This document shows positions 14,105 through 26,569 of a stretch of 64,000 bases of DNA, one piece after another. Source of the DNA: Balanoglossus misakiensis (taxonomy: Eukaryota; Animalia; Hemichordata); the NCBI GenBank assembly GCA_040954595.2, contig CM082582.2:4448303-4512302 (forward strand), in the 5' to 3' direction. A program made the position numbers and the translations under genes. Positions within the stretch are counted from its first letter, which is position 1. Every line of letters begins with the position of its first letter. The notes under the pieces are model-generated. The model saw only the letters and a list, made by a program, of their open reading frames with translations. It searched no databases and was not told the DNA's origin.

Positions 14105-15379
14105 TTTATTTCGAGGTGCGTAACACCTTAACAGCTGGGTGACAAACAAGGGAAACAGAGACGGCGTCGAGTTGATGACCTGTACGCCCAATTTTTGACA
14201 TTTGTCAGCGTCTTTGTTGTGTGACAATGGCAGTTTTTTTGTCGAGAACCAACAACGTCATACAAGCTACATGAAATAGATGTAATATATTGCGTCTAGG
14301 GGTTAGATTTTCAGAAAATTAATCCCCAAACCATCCATTTCTTTGCTATATTAAAGTGTGTGCGGTGTTGTTGTTGTTTTTTGAAAAAAAAAGAGGAAAA
14401 CTGAGTGTTCACCGTCTTGTTTTCATGAAAATCGCCGTAATTTGCTTCACATTTTTCGCCATAGACTTAACATATAAATTGGATCAAATTCCAGAACATT
14501 CCGCTCTAATTCAAAACTTTGCACGGTGACCACCAATTTTACTCTATAGAGAAAAATCTAAAGTTGCCTAGAATTTTATCAGATTTTTTATTTTTGAAGT
14601 GCAACATATTCGACAAAGGGGTTATAAACCTGTCTCGGTTTATTTTAGAAACGTAATGTGGAATCAATGTAAGAAATAAAATTATAACTTCAGGTGTAGA
14701 GAAGGTTTTTGTCACTTGCACTTCCAGTGTGAACTTTGTTGTGAGTACAGAAACTTCCAACAAGTCTACTGACACATGTATGCACATTTTCCAGTCCAGT
14801 ATCCCTTGACAACGCCGCCCCATTTCCAACTCTGCGCCAATTATTGACTCTGCGTAGCAATCAAATCATGGAAGCACCCTATATCAACAGACGTACAGTC
14901 ACGACGTCTATTGTGGAGAACACACAAAGACTGACCAGGAGATTCGACAACAAAGATATGATGAATTTTATGATGGCAGTGTGTATATGTGTTCCATGTC
15001 ATCGGCTATTACGGACGCTGTGCATGCGCCCGCCATTCAGATATTGTCGTGCCATAAGCTTAGAGTTGACCTCGGTTGCAAAGAATATCGGATCCACCCA
15101 GTTTAATCGACCATAGTCAGAACACTGCTATTACCTTGCTTGAAGTAAGAAATGTATTGAATTTTTTATGAAATAATAAAGAGTTCATTAGGCCAGAATA
15201 ACGCAAAATGATGTCTCTTGTAATACATATAGGATTGGGGTTTGAGGTTTCCCGCGGGAACTTTTTGACATTATATTGCATTTATCATTTCGTGTGTTAT
15301 TGAAAGACCACAAGTGTACAAGAACGACTGTGTCTATATCGCCACAGGTTGGGTGGATCGTGTTGATTTCTGTAATGTT
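14105..15379. repeat. Tandem duplication, copy 1 (~1.27 kb; empty site for the LINE)
   Basis: Near-identical to 15380-16264 plus 20624-21191. Lacks about 170 bp that copy 2 has at ~20912-21083. Confidence 0.9.
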
Positions 15380-16593
15380 TTATTTCGAGGTGCGTAACAC
15401 CTCAATTTTATAGCTAGGTGACAAACAAGGGAAACAGAGACGGCGTCGAGTTGATGACCTGTACGCCCAATTTTTGACATTTGTCAGCGTCTTTGTTGTG
15501 TGCCAATGGCAGTTTTTTTTGTCGAGAACCAACAACGTCATACAAGCTACATGAAATAGATGTAATATATTGCGTCTAGGGGTTAGATTTTCATAAAATT
15601 AATCCCCAAACCATCCATTTCTTTGCTATATTAAAGTGTGTGCGGTGTTGTTGTTGTTTTTTGAAAAAAAAAGAGGAAAACTGAGTGTTCACCGTCTTGT
15701 TTTCATGAAAATCGCCGTAATTTGCTTCACATTTTTCGCCATAGACTTAACATATAAATTGGATCAAATTCCAGAACATTCCGCTCTAATTCAAAACTTT
15801 GCACGGTGACCACCAATTTTACTCTATAGAGAAAAATCTAAAGTTGCCTAGAATTTTATCAGATTTTTATTTTTGAAGTGCAATATATCCGACAAAGGGG
15901 TTATAAACCTGTCTCGGTTTATTTTAGAAACGTAATGTGGAATCAATGTAAGAAATAAAATCATAACTTCAGGTGTAGAGAAGGAGAGAAGGTTTTTGTC
16001 ACGTGCACTTACAGTGTGAACTTTGTTGTGAGTACAGAAACTTTCTACAAGTCTACTGCCACATGTATGCACAACTTCCAGTCTCCCTTGACAACGCCGC
16101 CCCATTTCCAACTCTGCGCCAATTATTGACTCTGCGTAGCAATCACATCCTGGAAGCACCCTATATCAGCAGACGTACAGTCACGACGTCTATTGTGGAG
16201 AACACATAAAGACTGACCCGGAGATCTGACAACAAAGATATTTTGAATGTTATGATGACAGTGTTTAGTTTAGTTTAGTTTAGTTTGGTTAGGGACTAAA
16301 TATCCTGAGATAATGATGTCCCATCAGAGTCTAGTTCGGAAGTACTGGTCAATAAATGAAAAGTCAATGATGCCCATAGATAAGAGTCCGGCAATGAGTT
16401 CCAATTCTCTAGTATAGTTCAGAGTTCAATATTCATGTAACTATCTGCCATGGTGTAATACACACTGTGACACATAAATAAAAAAATGATTCATCATTCT
16501 CACAAATAAATTCTCGAAATAAAGTCTCACAAAATAGTTCAATAGCAGGTTCTCTGACGCGAACAGGGAAACAGTTCACTCTGGTATAATCCA

Positions 16594-19560
16594 TCAAATT
16601 CTGGTTTGGAAGTGATGGTCAATGTTATTTTTGAAATCGTTGACATCCTTAGATAGCACAACATAGTCCGGTAATGAGTTCCATTCTTTAACAACGCGAA
16701 CAGGGAAACAGTTCTTTCTTATGTCCAATCTAGCAAAGCTCTGGTGTAGTTTGGCAGTGTGACCTCTTGTAGGTGCATATAAGCATCTCTGTAATGACAA
16801 ATTGCAGCTGTCAATGTTATTGATAATTTTATACACCTGCAACATATCTCCACGGATCCGACGGGTTTCCAGTGTTGTTAAACGTAGAATATGCAACCTT
16901 TCAGTGTATGGTTTATCCTGAAGTCCGTCTATGTATTTGGTAACTCTTCTTTGAACCTTTTCTAAAGCTATAATGTCCTTCTGTAACCATGGTGACCAAC
17001 CTTGTGAGGCGTATTCCAAGTGGGGTCTGATGAACTGTTTATACAAACGAAGAATGATGCCCTTGGAGCGTAGTGTGAATGACCTTTTTATCATACCAAA
17101 GACTCTGTTGGCTTTTTTCACTGCCTCAGTACACTGTCTGCTGGGCTTAAGAGAATTATGGATTATTACACCAACATCCTTTTCTTCATCAACTGCAGTC
17201 AGGGTGATATCCCTCATAGTATACTGCAACTTGGGATTCTTACAGCCCACATGCACAACTTTACATTTTGATACGTTGAATTCCATCAGCCATTTTTCAG
17301 ACCACTCAACAAGATGATTCAAATCACTCTGCAGAAGTAAATGATCATTAGCATCATCAATTTTCCTGTAAATTTTAGTGTCGTCAGCAAATTTCTTGAT
17401 ATGCGAGTGGATTCCAATATCAATGTCATTGATGAACATTAGGAAAAGCACTGGGCCCAACACTGAACCTTGTGGTACCCCACTGGTTACTGGTTTCCAT
17501 GGAGAATAACTTCCCTTCACTACCACACGCTGTTGCCTATTAGATAGCCACTCTCTGATCCAGGCAGCTGTATCACCAACTATACCATGTTGTTGTACTT
17601 TGATTAGTAGCCTGTTATGGGGAACCTTATCAAAGGCTTTAGCAAAATCCAGATATATGACATCAACAGGGAATCCTTCATCTGTATATGTTGTAACCTC
17701 ATCAAGAAATTCTAGTAGGTTCGTTACGCAGGATTTCCCAGGTGTGAAGCCGTGTTGAGATGGAAGAATTAGCCGGTGCTCATTTAGATGATTAACAATA
17801 CTATCCCTCAGACATGACTCCATCAATTTGCATACAACAGATGTCAGGCTGACCGGTCTGTAGTTACTAGGTGCTGACTTCTTTCCTTTCTTAAAAATAG
17901 GACATACATTGGCCATTCTCCATTCCAATGGTACCGACTTCTCTTTTAGTGATCTATTAAAGAGTATTGTCAAGGGATATACTAATTCGTGTAAACATTC
18001 GTGGAGTACGCAAGCTGAAATTTGGTCGGGACCTGGCGCCTTGTGCACATTCAGTTTCCTGATCTTTGACTCAACAAGGCTCTGTTGTATTGCCACCTCT
18101 GGCATTACTGGATTGGTATCTGATACGGTGTCTGGAGCACATGTGGGTTCCTCAGTGAAAACTGATGAGAAGAAGTCATTTAGGACTTCAGCAATGTGTA
18201 CACTTGATGAGACTGGTTCTCCATTATCCTTGATCAGAGGACCTACAGATTCCTTAATTTTCTGTTTGGATCTAATGTATGAATAGAAAAGTCTGGGTTT
18301 GTCCTTCATATTTGTTACCAACATAGATTCAAAGCTCCGCTTGGCTTCTTTAATCTTCCTAGTAGTAAAGTTCCTGTGTTGTTTATACTTTAGGTAATCT
18401 GTTTCATCATTGGAAATGCAGAACCTCTTCCAGAGTTTGTGTTTCTTGCGTATAATATGCAGTGTTTCTCTAGCTAACCATTTGGGTTTATTCTTCCTTG
18501 GTCTTTTCCTCATAGGAATACATTCTTTCATTAGATCAACAACTGAATTTCTGAAGAAGTCCCAGCAGTCATCAAGGGGAGCGGCAGTATCAGCGAGATG
18601 TTCATTCCAGTCAATTAGTCTCAGTTCACATTTAAGTCTCTCAAAATCAGCATTACGAATATCAGGAATAAGTACATCTTCCTGGCTGATAACTGACTCA
18701 ATCTGGATCTCAAATTCAATTATCACATGGTCACTGCAACCCAGATGACCCATCTGAGTACATTCACTGATCATGTTAGGCTCCGAAGAGAAAATCAAGT
18801 CTAAGCAGTTGTTAGCTCTAGTAGGAAAGTCCACGTTTTGTGTCAGGCAACAATCCTGTATACAATCCAAAAAAGCTTCTCCATGGCAGCCACTGCTAAG
18901 TTGGTTCCAGTCGATGTCCGGAAAATTAAAGTCACCAACAATAACCATGTGCTGCGAAGACATTTCCATTAACATCTTTAAAAGTTTGTCATTGTTTTCC
19001 TGAGTGCTGTTTGGAGACCTATATATTGTGCTAAAAACCAGTGGAGTTGAGCTCGGAGTTAGCTGTATTGTGCACCATACTGAGTTTGAAAACGGATTGT
19101 CCTCCAGAATGTGCAATTCGTTTGTATCTAGGCCATCTTTGACATAAATCAGAACACCTCCACCCCTCCCTCCATGTGTGTCTTCTCTATCCTGTCTTAA
19201 TATTGTGCTGTATCCTGGAATGGTCAGTTCAGAGTTATTAATATCACTGTGTGTCCACGATTCTGTTAAAGCAACTATATCAAAATTCTTCTCTGCTAAC
19301 ACAGCTTCCAGTTCGTCTCGTTTATTCATAATACTCTGTACATTTGTGTACATACATTTTAATGTACTGTCTCTTCCCCTTGATAAGCTTCCATTACTGT
19401 CACGGCTGAGTTTAGAAGTGCTTGTAGTATTAGTGGTATTTACAATGTTATCTGCACAGACACTCATGCTTGGATTTCTACTGGAATCGTCAGTTGTATA
19501 TACAAGTCTCTTCTTCCTCTTTTCATTACTATTTACAGTTTGGCATCTGCCCATCTTCAT
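16594..19560 (-). CDS. LINE ORF2: AP endonuclease + reverse transcriptase (988 aa)
   Basis: APE motifs LTESW, VGDFN and SDH. RT motifs YRPVSLTS, LDFAKAFD, GVPQGSVLGP and FADD. CR1-type C-terminus (RPHLEY, RRIRGD). Confidence 0.95.
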   Translation of the reverse strand: MKMGRCQTVNSNEKRKKRLVYTTDDSSRNPSMSVCADNIVNTTNTTSTSKLSRDSNGSLSRGRDSTLKCMYTNVQSIMNKRDELEAVLAEKNFDIVALTESWTHSDINNSELTIPGYSTILRQDREDTHGGRGGGVLIYVKDGLDTNELHILEDNPFSNSVWCTIQLTPSSTPLVFSTIYRSPNSTQENNDKLLKMLMEMSSQHMVIVGDFNFPDIDWNQLSSGCHGEAFLDCIQDCCLTQNVDFPTRANNCLDLIFSSEPNMISECTQMGHLGCSDHVIIEFEIQIESVISQEDVLIPDIRNADFERLKCELRLIDWNEHLADTAAPLDDCWDFFRNSVVDLMKECIPMRKRPRKNKPKWLARETLHIIRKKHKLWKRFCISNDETDYLKYKQHRNFTTRKIKEAKRSFESMLVTNMKDKPRLFYSYIRSKQKIKESVGPLIKDNGEPVSSSVHIAEVLNDFFSSVFTEEPTCAPDTVSDTNPVMPEVAIQQSLVESKIRKLNVHKAPGPDQISACVLHECLHELVYPLTILFNRSLKEKSVPLEWRMANVCPIFKKGKKSAPSNYRPVSLTSVVCKLMESCLRDSIVNHLNEHRLILPSQHGFTPGKSCVTNLLEFLDEVTTYTDEGFPVDVIYLDFAKAFDKVPHNRLLIKVQQHGIVGDTAAWIREWLSNRQQRVVVKGSYSPWKPVTSGVPQGSVLGPVLFLMFINDIDIGIHSHIKKFADDTKIYRKIDDANDHLLLQSDLNHLVEWSEKWLMEFNVSKCKVVHVGCKNPKLQYTMRDITLTAVDEEKDVGVIIHNSLKPSRQCTEAVKKANRVFGMIKRSFTLRSKGIILRLYKQFIRPHLEYASQGWSPWLQKDIIALEKVQRRVTKYIDGLQDKPYTERLHILRLTTLETRRIRGDMLQVYKIINNIDSCNLSLQRCLYAPTRGHTAKLHQSFARLDIRKNCFPVRVVKEWNSLPDYVVLSKDVNDFKNNIDHHFQTRI

Positions 19561-20432
19561 TACTTTTTTGCATCATGAGGTACTCTGGTAATTATCTTTC
19601 CTCTATAAATTTTTAAGTTCTCTTCCCCGTTCTCTTTTCTTCTCTTTAGTTCTGCTCTGAGCTGTCTATTAATTTCTCGTTCATGTTTGGTAAAGTCTGG
19701 TGTAATGTACACTTTCTGGTACTCAATGTTCTTACTATCTTTCAAGTTTATGGCCTTCTGCAGCACTTTGGAGCGAAACTGCTGGTTCTGGAATTCCACT
19801 CTGATAGGTCTTGCATAATTAGCATCGTCTTGTTGTTTTCCCAGTCTCTGTGTCTGAAATCCCTCTTCTACTGTTAGACCGATATCTCTAAAAATATCTT
19901 TCACCACATCTTCGTCATCTCTGTCGGTGTCCTCCTTGCAATTCTTTATAATGACGTTTGCTCGTCGCTTCACTTTCTCTAGCTCCTCGTGGACGCCATC
20001 TTGAATCATACTTGGGATCTTTTCGGTATTTTCTTTTAACTCTTCCACTGTAGTTTGCAAAGCCGTCACATCATTCTGCATATCATTTTGTCGCTGTTCC
20101 AAACTGGTAAGTTTAGCCATGATATTAGCCGCACAACTATTACACTTGTTGCAGTACCAATGTATCGGACTTTGATCGCCATTGGCGTTAACACTTAGGA
20201 AATTGTACACTTCTCGTGTTAGACCCTCACAGCCAATATGGTGAAAGTACTTGCAAATTCCACATACTAGTGCAGCATCGCTTTCTTTAATCTCCTTCTT
20301 ACACGTACCACATGCACAGTTCGCTACATCCTTGGTCCTTTCCGACCTTGACTTCGAAGATGCACTGCCACGCCTTGTCATCATGGGGGCCGCCATCTTG
20401 AATAGTGTTACGTTGTAGGTATCAGCGCTCAC
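19560..20432 (-). CDS. LINE ORF1: PHD finger + coiled coil + RRM-like
   Basis: C4HC3 pattern CGTC...CGIC...HIGC...CNKC, a heptad region, and RPIRVEF...YITPDFT. The true start may be a downstream ATG. Confidence 0.88.
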   Translation of the reverse strand: MSADTYNVTLFKMAAPMMTRRGSASSKSRSERTKDVANCACGTCKKEIKESDAALVCGICKYFHHIGCEGLTREVYNFLSVNANGDQSPIHWYCNKCNSCAANIMAKLTSLEQRQNDMQNDVTALQTTVEELKENTEKIPSMIQDGVHEELEKVKRRANVIIKNCKEDTDRDDEDVVKDIFRDIGLTVEEGFQTQRLGKQQDDANYARPIRVEFQNQQFRSKVLQKAINLKDSKNIEYQKVYITPDFTKHEREINRQLRAELKRRKENGEENLKIYRGKIITRVPHDAKK

Positions 20433-21825
20433 ACACTAAATCGTGTCGGGAGGCCTCCAATGACCATAAAAACTGAAGCTACTTGTCCAGGGGCATCAGG
20501 AAACACCAGCAGACACTACCATAACATTACATGTGAGATTCTTCGATAGAACCCATGAATAACTCTCAAAAACATCGGAGCACGTAAACAGCTTGACCAG
20601 CACAACCGCAGCGCCCTCAGTGTGTATATGTGTTCAATGTCATCGGCTAACGGACGCTGTGCATGCGCCCGCAATTCAGATATTGTCGTGCCATAAGCTT
20701 AGAGTTGGCCTCGATTGCAAAGAATATCGGATCCACTCTGTTTAATCGACCATAGTCAGAACACTGCTATTACCTTGCTTGAGGGAAGAAATGTAATGTA
20801 TTTTTTATGAAATAATAAAGAGTTCATTAGGCCAGAATAACGCAAAATGATGTCTCTTGTAATACGTATAGGATTGGTGTTTGGGGTTTCCCGCGGGAAC
20901 TTTTTGACATTACGGTATTTTTTATTCTGTGTCCCAAATGCAATTTCTTGTTCTACTCCAAACAGCATGCTATTATACCCAGTACTCCACTTGTCAACAT
21001 AGCCTGGATGTGTACAACAGCCATTGTTATTGTTGACAAATGAATTCTAGTACCAGACTGGAATACAAATTTTGCATACCGGTATATTGCATTTATTATT
21101 TCGTGTATTATTGAAAGACCACAAGTGTACAAGAACGACTGTGTCTATAACGCCACAGGTTGGGTGGATCGTGTTGATTTCTGTAATGTTTGTGTTCCTA
21201 GAAATAGTAGGCAAATGTCGTCTCTGAATCTCTGAGCCAGAGGGATGTTTTTGGGTCCATAGTTTTGGATGATTTTCATTTCTACATTCAGGTCAATTTA
21301 AGGCGATGATGGGGAACCCATGCTACATCCACAGATTCACTGAACCATTTTAGAATTTTAGAACCATGAAGAATCGATGAATTTATAATCGGAAGTTTCA
21401 TATCAAACTAGGAAGGCCCGTTTGAAGATTTGACCTTTACCCCCATACCTGTGATTTTGCACAATAGATTCTACTACGCATGCGCCTTTCAATGATGAGG
21501 ACAACAACTGAACAGGTGGTTGAGCATGATTGCAATCAGTTGAATTGCCGAGGATGTTTCTGGTTTTAAACGACATGTGAATGACCACAAACAAGAAAAT
21601 ATACGATTAAAATTGTACTTTATTTAAAAAAAGTGAAGTTGAAATGTAAAATAGGCAACTAATTCCGCCGTGTATACAAAAAGTCCACTGCTTTTCTTAT
21701 GAATATTCAATAGAATTAAAAATAGTGTTCGTTCGTCTTGATAAACGACGCGATAACTCATTACAGTCGATGTGGACTTCTGTGGCAAAAAGTTCGGCGT
21801 TTGCGAAAATTGTTCGGCGTTAGTT

Positions 21826-24800
21826 TTACATATCGCTGACGTCGATCTTTGGTCTCAGGATGGATATACTGCATTCATATTTGGACTCCCTGCTTATCTT
21901 CTCCATTTCCTTCTTGGTCTGTTCGGCGATCTCTTCCTGTGTCCAGGGACGGTACACCTTGGGCCACATGTCTGGTGTGAACAGCTGCTCGTAGAATCCG
22001 TCTTTACCGATGCCGGTCTGGAAAAGAAGATACGCGTAGAGTTATGCACTTGAACTTGAAAGGCCATCGCCGTATCGCAAATAAGACCAACCAGGGACGT
22101 TGCAATTGCACAAATTATTAAACTTCGTTAAAAAAATAACGACAAATTGTGTGCCGATTGGAAGCAACTCATTATGAACACGCTGAAGAATTCGTCCAAA
22201 CACGTTGATTCGTCAGTGCTAGTAGCACCTCATTTTATTGCAAAATCTGGAGAAATTGAATTTTGGTTCAAACCACGCAAGATACCGGTAACTTACATGT
22301 CGATAGAACAGATTCTTGACTTTGTTGAGGTATCTGACTGGGTTTGTGTCTCCATCGAAGTTCCTGGTGTCCGCACGCACCACCAGAGAACCGCCAATGT
22401 AAAGTTCCTCCGCCATCTCGCCATTCTTGTAGACTCTGAACACGGCCTGTGGGAACGGTGAGCATTTGCTGCTGCTGACGTTCACGTCGCCAGGAGTGAA
22501 GAATTCTGGAGCACTCAGTTTAGGATACCTGAAAAAATGAAATCAGGTTGTTTAGTTTCATCCATGGAGTACCATTTGCACGGTCAAGAAAAGATTTCTC
22601 GCCACAACGAGCGTAGCCGAACCCCCTTTCGATTCAAAGCAGGGCAAATTTGAATTGATGTCAGCTACCATGGTTGTTTTTATTACAATTGGTGTGATAC
22701 TAGTATTCTCGACCCGAGTTTGACGTTTTGCCCAAGTTCAACCAGCGTAAAAGATGTGTATGGTATACTGTAAAAGTATAGAATATATCAGTAATATCTC
22801 TCAACTTACTTGCTAATGGTATCTTCAATGGTGACTACGACCGCCAGTTTTGCATCCATGAACCAGTCTTGTTTCTTCACCCAGGCTTGTGGAAGTTCCC
22901 GGATGTAGTCAATCCGGCCGGCTGTGGGTTTGTCTGCCTTGGCGTCTTCCTCCGGTTGGATGAGCATGACGTCACAGAGAAAGCCCTGGCCCATTTGGTA
23001 GAGGGACGAGACAACGCTGACCCGTTCTGCAAAAAATACAAGAAATAACTTGCTGGTTATATATATTGCATTTCATCTTAAATAGCGATTCGACACTTCA
23101 GCGGCGAAAACAAAATCCTTATACATGTATCGTTCATTTAAAAAAATGGGAACACTTACTGATGACCGAGCTGCAGATCTCTTCCTGGTCGATAGGACTG
23201 AAGACTTCTCTGTTCAATTCGTGGCCATTGTAGGTGCTGCGCAGCATATTTGTGAGAGTGCGCACATTGTAGCGGAAACCGTGGATGAATCCTGAAGCTG
23301 CTCGTCTGTCACGTGCCTGCATGGCAGTTCCAATCAGATACATATCGGGGACGGTTGATTGCCAGTGTTCATCCAGGATTGGGTATTTGCCTTCCGTGTG
23401 TGTTTCTAGAACAAATAAAAATAAATGATTGTCAGTTCCTGGTTTCTGTATCGATAACGTTTACAAGTCGAACATAAATGAATTGTCATGCGTTTCAATC
23501 GACCAGGGTTTTCGTTTATCTTGAGATCTTACCTGGTTTACAGGAGTCGTCAAACATTTCAATGTTGATGAATTTCCATCCAGTGCAGGAGATGATCTTG
23601 TCGTATCCGCTGGTGACGAAGCGACCGGTGCCTGGTGGATCCCAGTTTGGCAGATGCATGTCGTACTCGATGCTGAATTTGCCGTCTTCCGTCTTCCACA
23701 CTCTGGTGGCCTCGCATTTACGCAAGGCGTGGAGAGATTTCAGATGGTACATGTCGAGGACGTTGTTGTTGACGGCTCTCAGATGACCCACGAAGTGAGT
23801 GTCCCAGGCGAATTTGACTGGGTGCCTGTTGAACATGTGAATCAGACCAGCTGATCCGGCGAGATGATCAGCAGCCTGGGAAAGAACGGAAAAAAAACAT
23901 AAAATCACGTAAGTCATGCGTTCGGGATCACGTCGAAAATTGTGTTGACGATAAAAACAAAAGTTACTAGCAAAAAGTACCGCTGGTGGCGCTCTGGTGT
24001 ACTCACCTCAAAGGCACTGTTGCCACCTCCGAGAATGCAAACTTTCTTGTTCTTGTACTCTTCCAAGTCGAGCGAGTGATCCTGGTATGTGTCGATGAGT
24101 TCAACGCCGGGAATCTGCGGGTGATGCGGCACGATCGGCCCGGTACCAATCATCAAAACTCGACTGGTGAACTTGTTGCCCTTGTCGTCGGTCAAGGTGA
24201 ACCTCGATCTGGATTTGTGGTCGTCGCTCTTCCCGTCTCGGTGGACGTTGGTGATGTTGGTGTTGTAGCGGATGTTGGTTTTGTATTTCTTGCAGAAATC
24301 CTCAAAGTACCTGTAAGAATGACGTGACAAGATATGATATTTAATTTCGAACGATTATATGGGTGATTAATCTCCCTCAAGTCGACAATGTGTTTCACTG
24401 GACTGAATAAACGTGAAATTTCATTTTTGTGAAAATAAATGAAACAGATGTGACCAAAGAGCAGCAGCATTATCAATATCGGAACTTCAGCTGAGGTCAT
24501 TTATACTCACTTGACTAAGAAATCAGCGTCAGGGAAGAGTTCATCTGTATAGTCAGTGAACAGCAGCGGGTCCTCTTCGTCGCACAGCAACGAGTTCCAG
24601 TCGTGACGCATGTTGAATTCGGGTTCGGGGAACACGTTGTATTTCTTGTTGATGGAGATGAGCTTACGGTGACGAGGGTACTTTCGAGTGAAGGAGCCAG
24701 GTCCGTCGGCTCTCTCCACAACCAGATAGTCCATCTTGTATTTCTCCATGTAGTAGGCCATCTGTATTCCGGCAGGGCCAGCGCCAACGACAATGTATTC

Positions 24801-24942
24801 ATAGTCTGTAGAGAATTCAAGCCAACAAACGATAGCAACGTGTGAGAATCAAATTTAGGTTAAATTTTGAGAAATATTGGGGAATCGTACATTTCGTCAT
24901 GAGATTGGTCTGAATGAAACACTTACCGGTCTTTTCAGCCAT
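21826..24942 (-). CDS. FOXRED2-like FAD-dependent oxidoreductase, paralogue A (~614 aa, 8 coding exons)
   Basis: Exons 24942-24927, 24805-24511, 24310-24007, 23875-23533, 23405-23160, 23026-22810, 22528-22297 and 22017-21826. Total 1845 nt, in frame. Motifs [45 protein letters not shown] and SGFIHGFRY are typical of the FOXRED2 family. Confidence 0.9.
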
Positions 24943-25263
24943 TTTCAGGAGATATTTTAATTCACCGGAAAACCTAGGAAATGAAACGGAGTGCAAATGA
25001 TTTACATGTAGTTCAGTGCTAGCTCGGGTTAGAAAAAGAGCACGGAATTTCAACGAGTCCAATTCTCACACACCAAAGAGCATAAGTTGCTTCATGCACT
25101 TAGGCCACAAGCAAACAACAGGCTGAGATATGGGGGAATACTTACCAACGTTACAAAAGTACTTCGGTAACGAAAGTTTCAGCGACACGGAAATGGGAGT
25201 TCCTCTGACGTGCACGAAATCAGCGTCTCAAGAGAGATATGTGAAAATGTAAAATTGTCGAGC

Positions 25264-25397
25264 TTTATATAGAGGTTAGAGTTTGTCCGAACCCGAATGG
25301 GCGGAGTTCACACCTTCGTGGTTTCATAAACGTTACAAATCCGTTGATAGGCGGAGCTGCATAAAGAATGTTTATTTCAGTCGTGAACAACCAATCA
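25264..25397 (-). promoter_or_regulatory. Putative core promoter of paralogue A (TATA and CCAAT)
   Basis: TATATAAAG on the minus strand at ~25263-25271, upstream of a probable non-coding exon whose GT donor is at 25145. CCAATCA at 25391. Confidence 0.4.
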
Positions 25398-26569
25398 GCA
25401 TAGAGAGTAGCAGAAGTTTTGTCAACACCATTCAGAGAAGTGTGGCAGCGAGACCCTGGGCGAATTAGCAGAGGCGTCAAGTGACGTATGTGTTATGCCT
25501 CAACTTTGACATTTCAAAAACCAACGTCTGCGGTGGTCTTCTGGAGGAAAGTCAACGGAACTATGGAATTTTTGAAAGAGAAATGTGGATATTTTGCTTT
25601 GCAAATAATTATTTCTCCTTTCTGACTCCATTATTCAGTGTACTAAATTTTGCGCAGCACTGAAAAATATCCAACGTGTTTCGACTTATGATCACTGCAC
25701 ATGATTCCTTTACTGGTCTCTATAAATCATATCTTTGGGGTTTTTTTTTTATCATTCTACATAAAATGTTGAGGTCCTGCATAATAAATAACTATTGGTT
25801 GTGTTATCATCACACGGGAATCTGCGTGATATCCTGGATAGAATTATCCAAAGTATTAAAATTTGTTGGAATAAAATCAAACACATTTGAGAAATATTGT
25901 TAATATAGGCCTAAACTAGGGTATATGGCCTAAAGCATGATTGGAGTGAGCGTGTTCAGAATGGTGTGATCGCGTAAGCTAGTGTGATGGCGATGGCGAT
26001 AAGTAAGTCCAGCCATGGAGGTAGTAGATCCAAAACCTTCGAAGCGCAGTGAAAGATAGAAATGTTTACATTGAACGACTGATTACTTTATTGAGATCCA
26101 AATGTGACATAAATACACACACGAAATCATACGCCAAGCGACTAGTGAGCTTTCCTCGGAGCTACGGTGGGGGCATCAATTCCTACAGAAAATGGTCCTC
26201 GCGCGTGAGGCCACTACGCGAATATTTTTCCACATTGATGGCATTCTGTGCCGTTTCACCTTTGCTCAAATCACTTTTATCGTGTATAAATCTTATAATA
26301 TTTCTGATGTTTCGAAATTGAAGATAAATGAATTTCTTATTGGTCTTGTTATGTATCAATTCTGTTTGGCGTTGGTCCTGGTGGATAATTCTAAAGTACG
26401 TCTCACTTCTTGCCATTAGCATGCGCCTATAGGTAATGTAAAATTCACGTTTTGTGTGGAAAATGCAAATTGTTTTTCCACATTTAAAAGCCAAGGATTG
26501 TCTTTTACATCTGCAAATATCGATGAATCTGTTATCAAGGAGGAGTGAAAGTTGAAAGATTTCGTAGCG

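Larger units (their letters stand above)
16265..20617 (-). mobile_element. Full-length CR1-clade non-LTR retrotransposon
   Basis: TSD CAGTGT at 16259-16264 and 20618-20623. (CTAAA)n 3' tail and a GGGAC...GTCCC 3' stem-loop. Two intact ORFs. Confidence 0.93.
15380..21191. repeat. Tandem duplication, copy 2, interrupted by a CR1-type LINE
   Basis: Restarts at TATTTCGAGGTGCGTAACACC and ends at CTGTAATGTTT, as copy 1 does. Confidence 0.9.
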
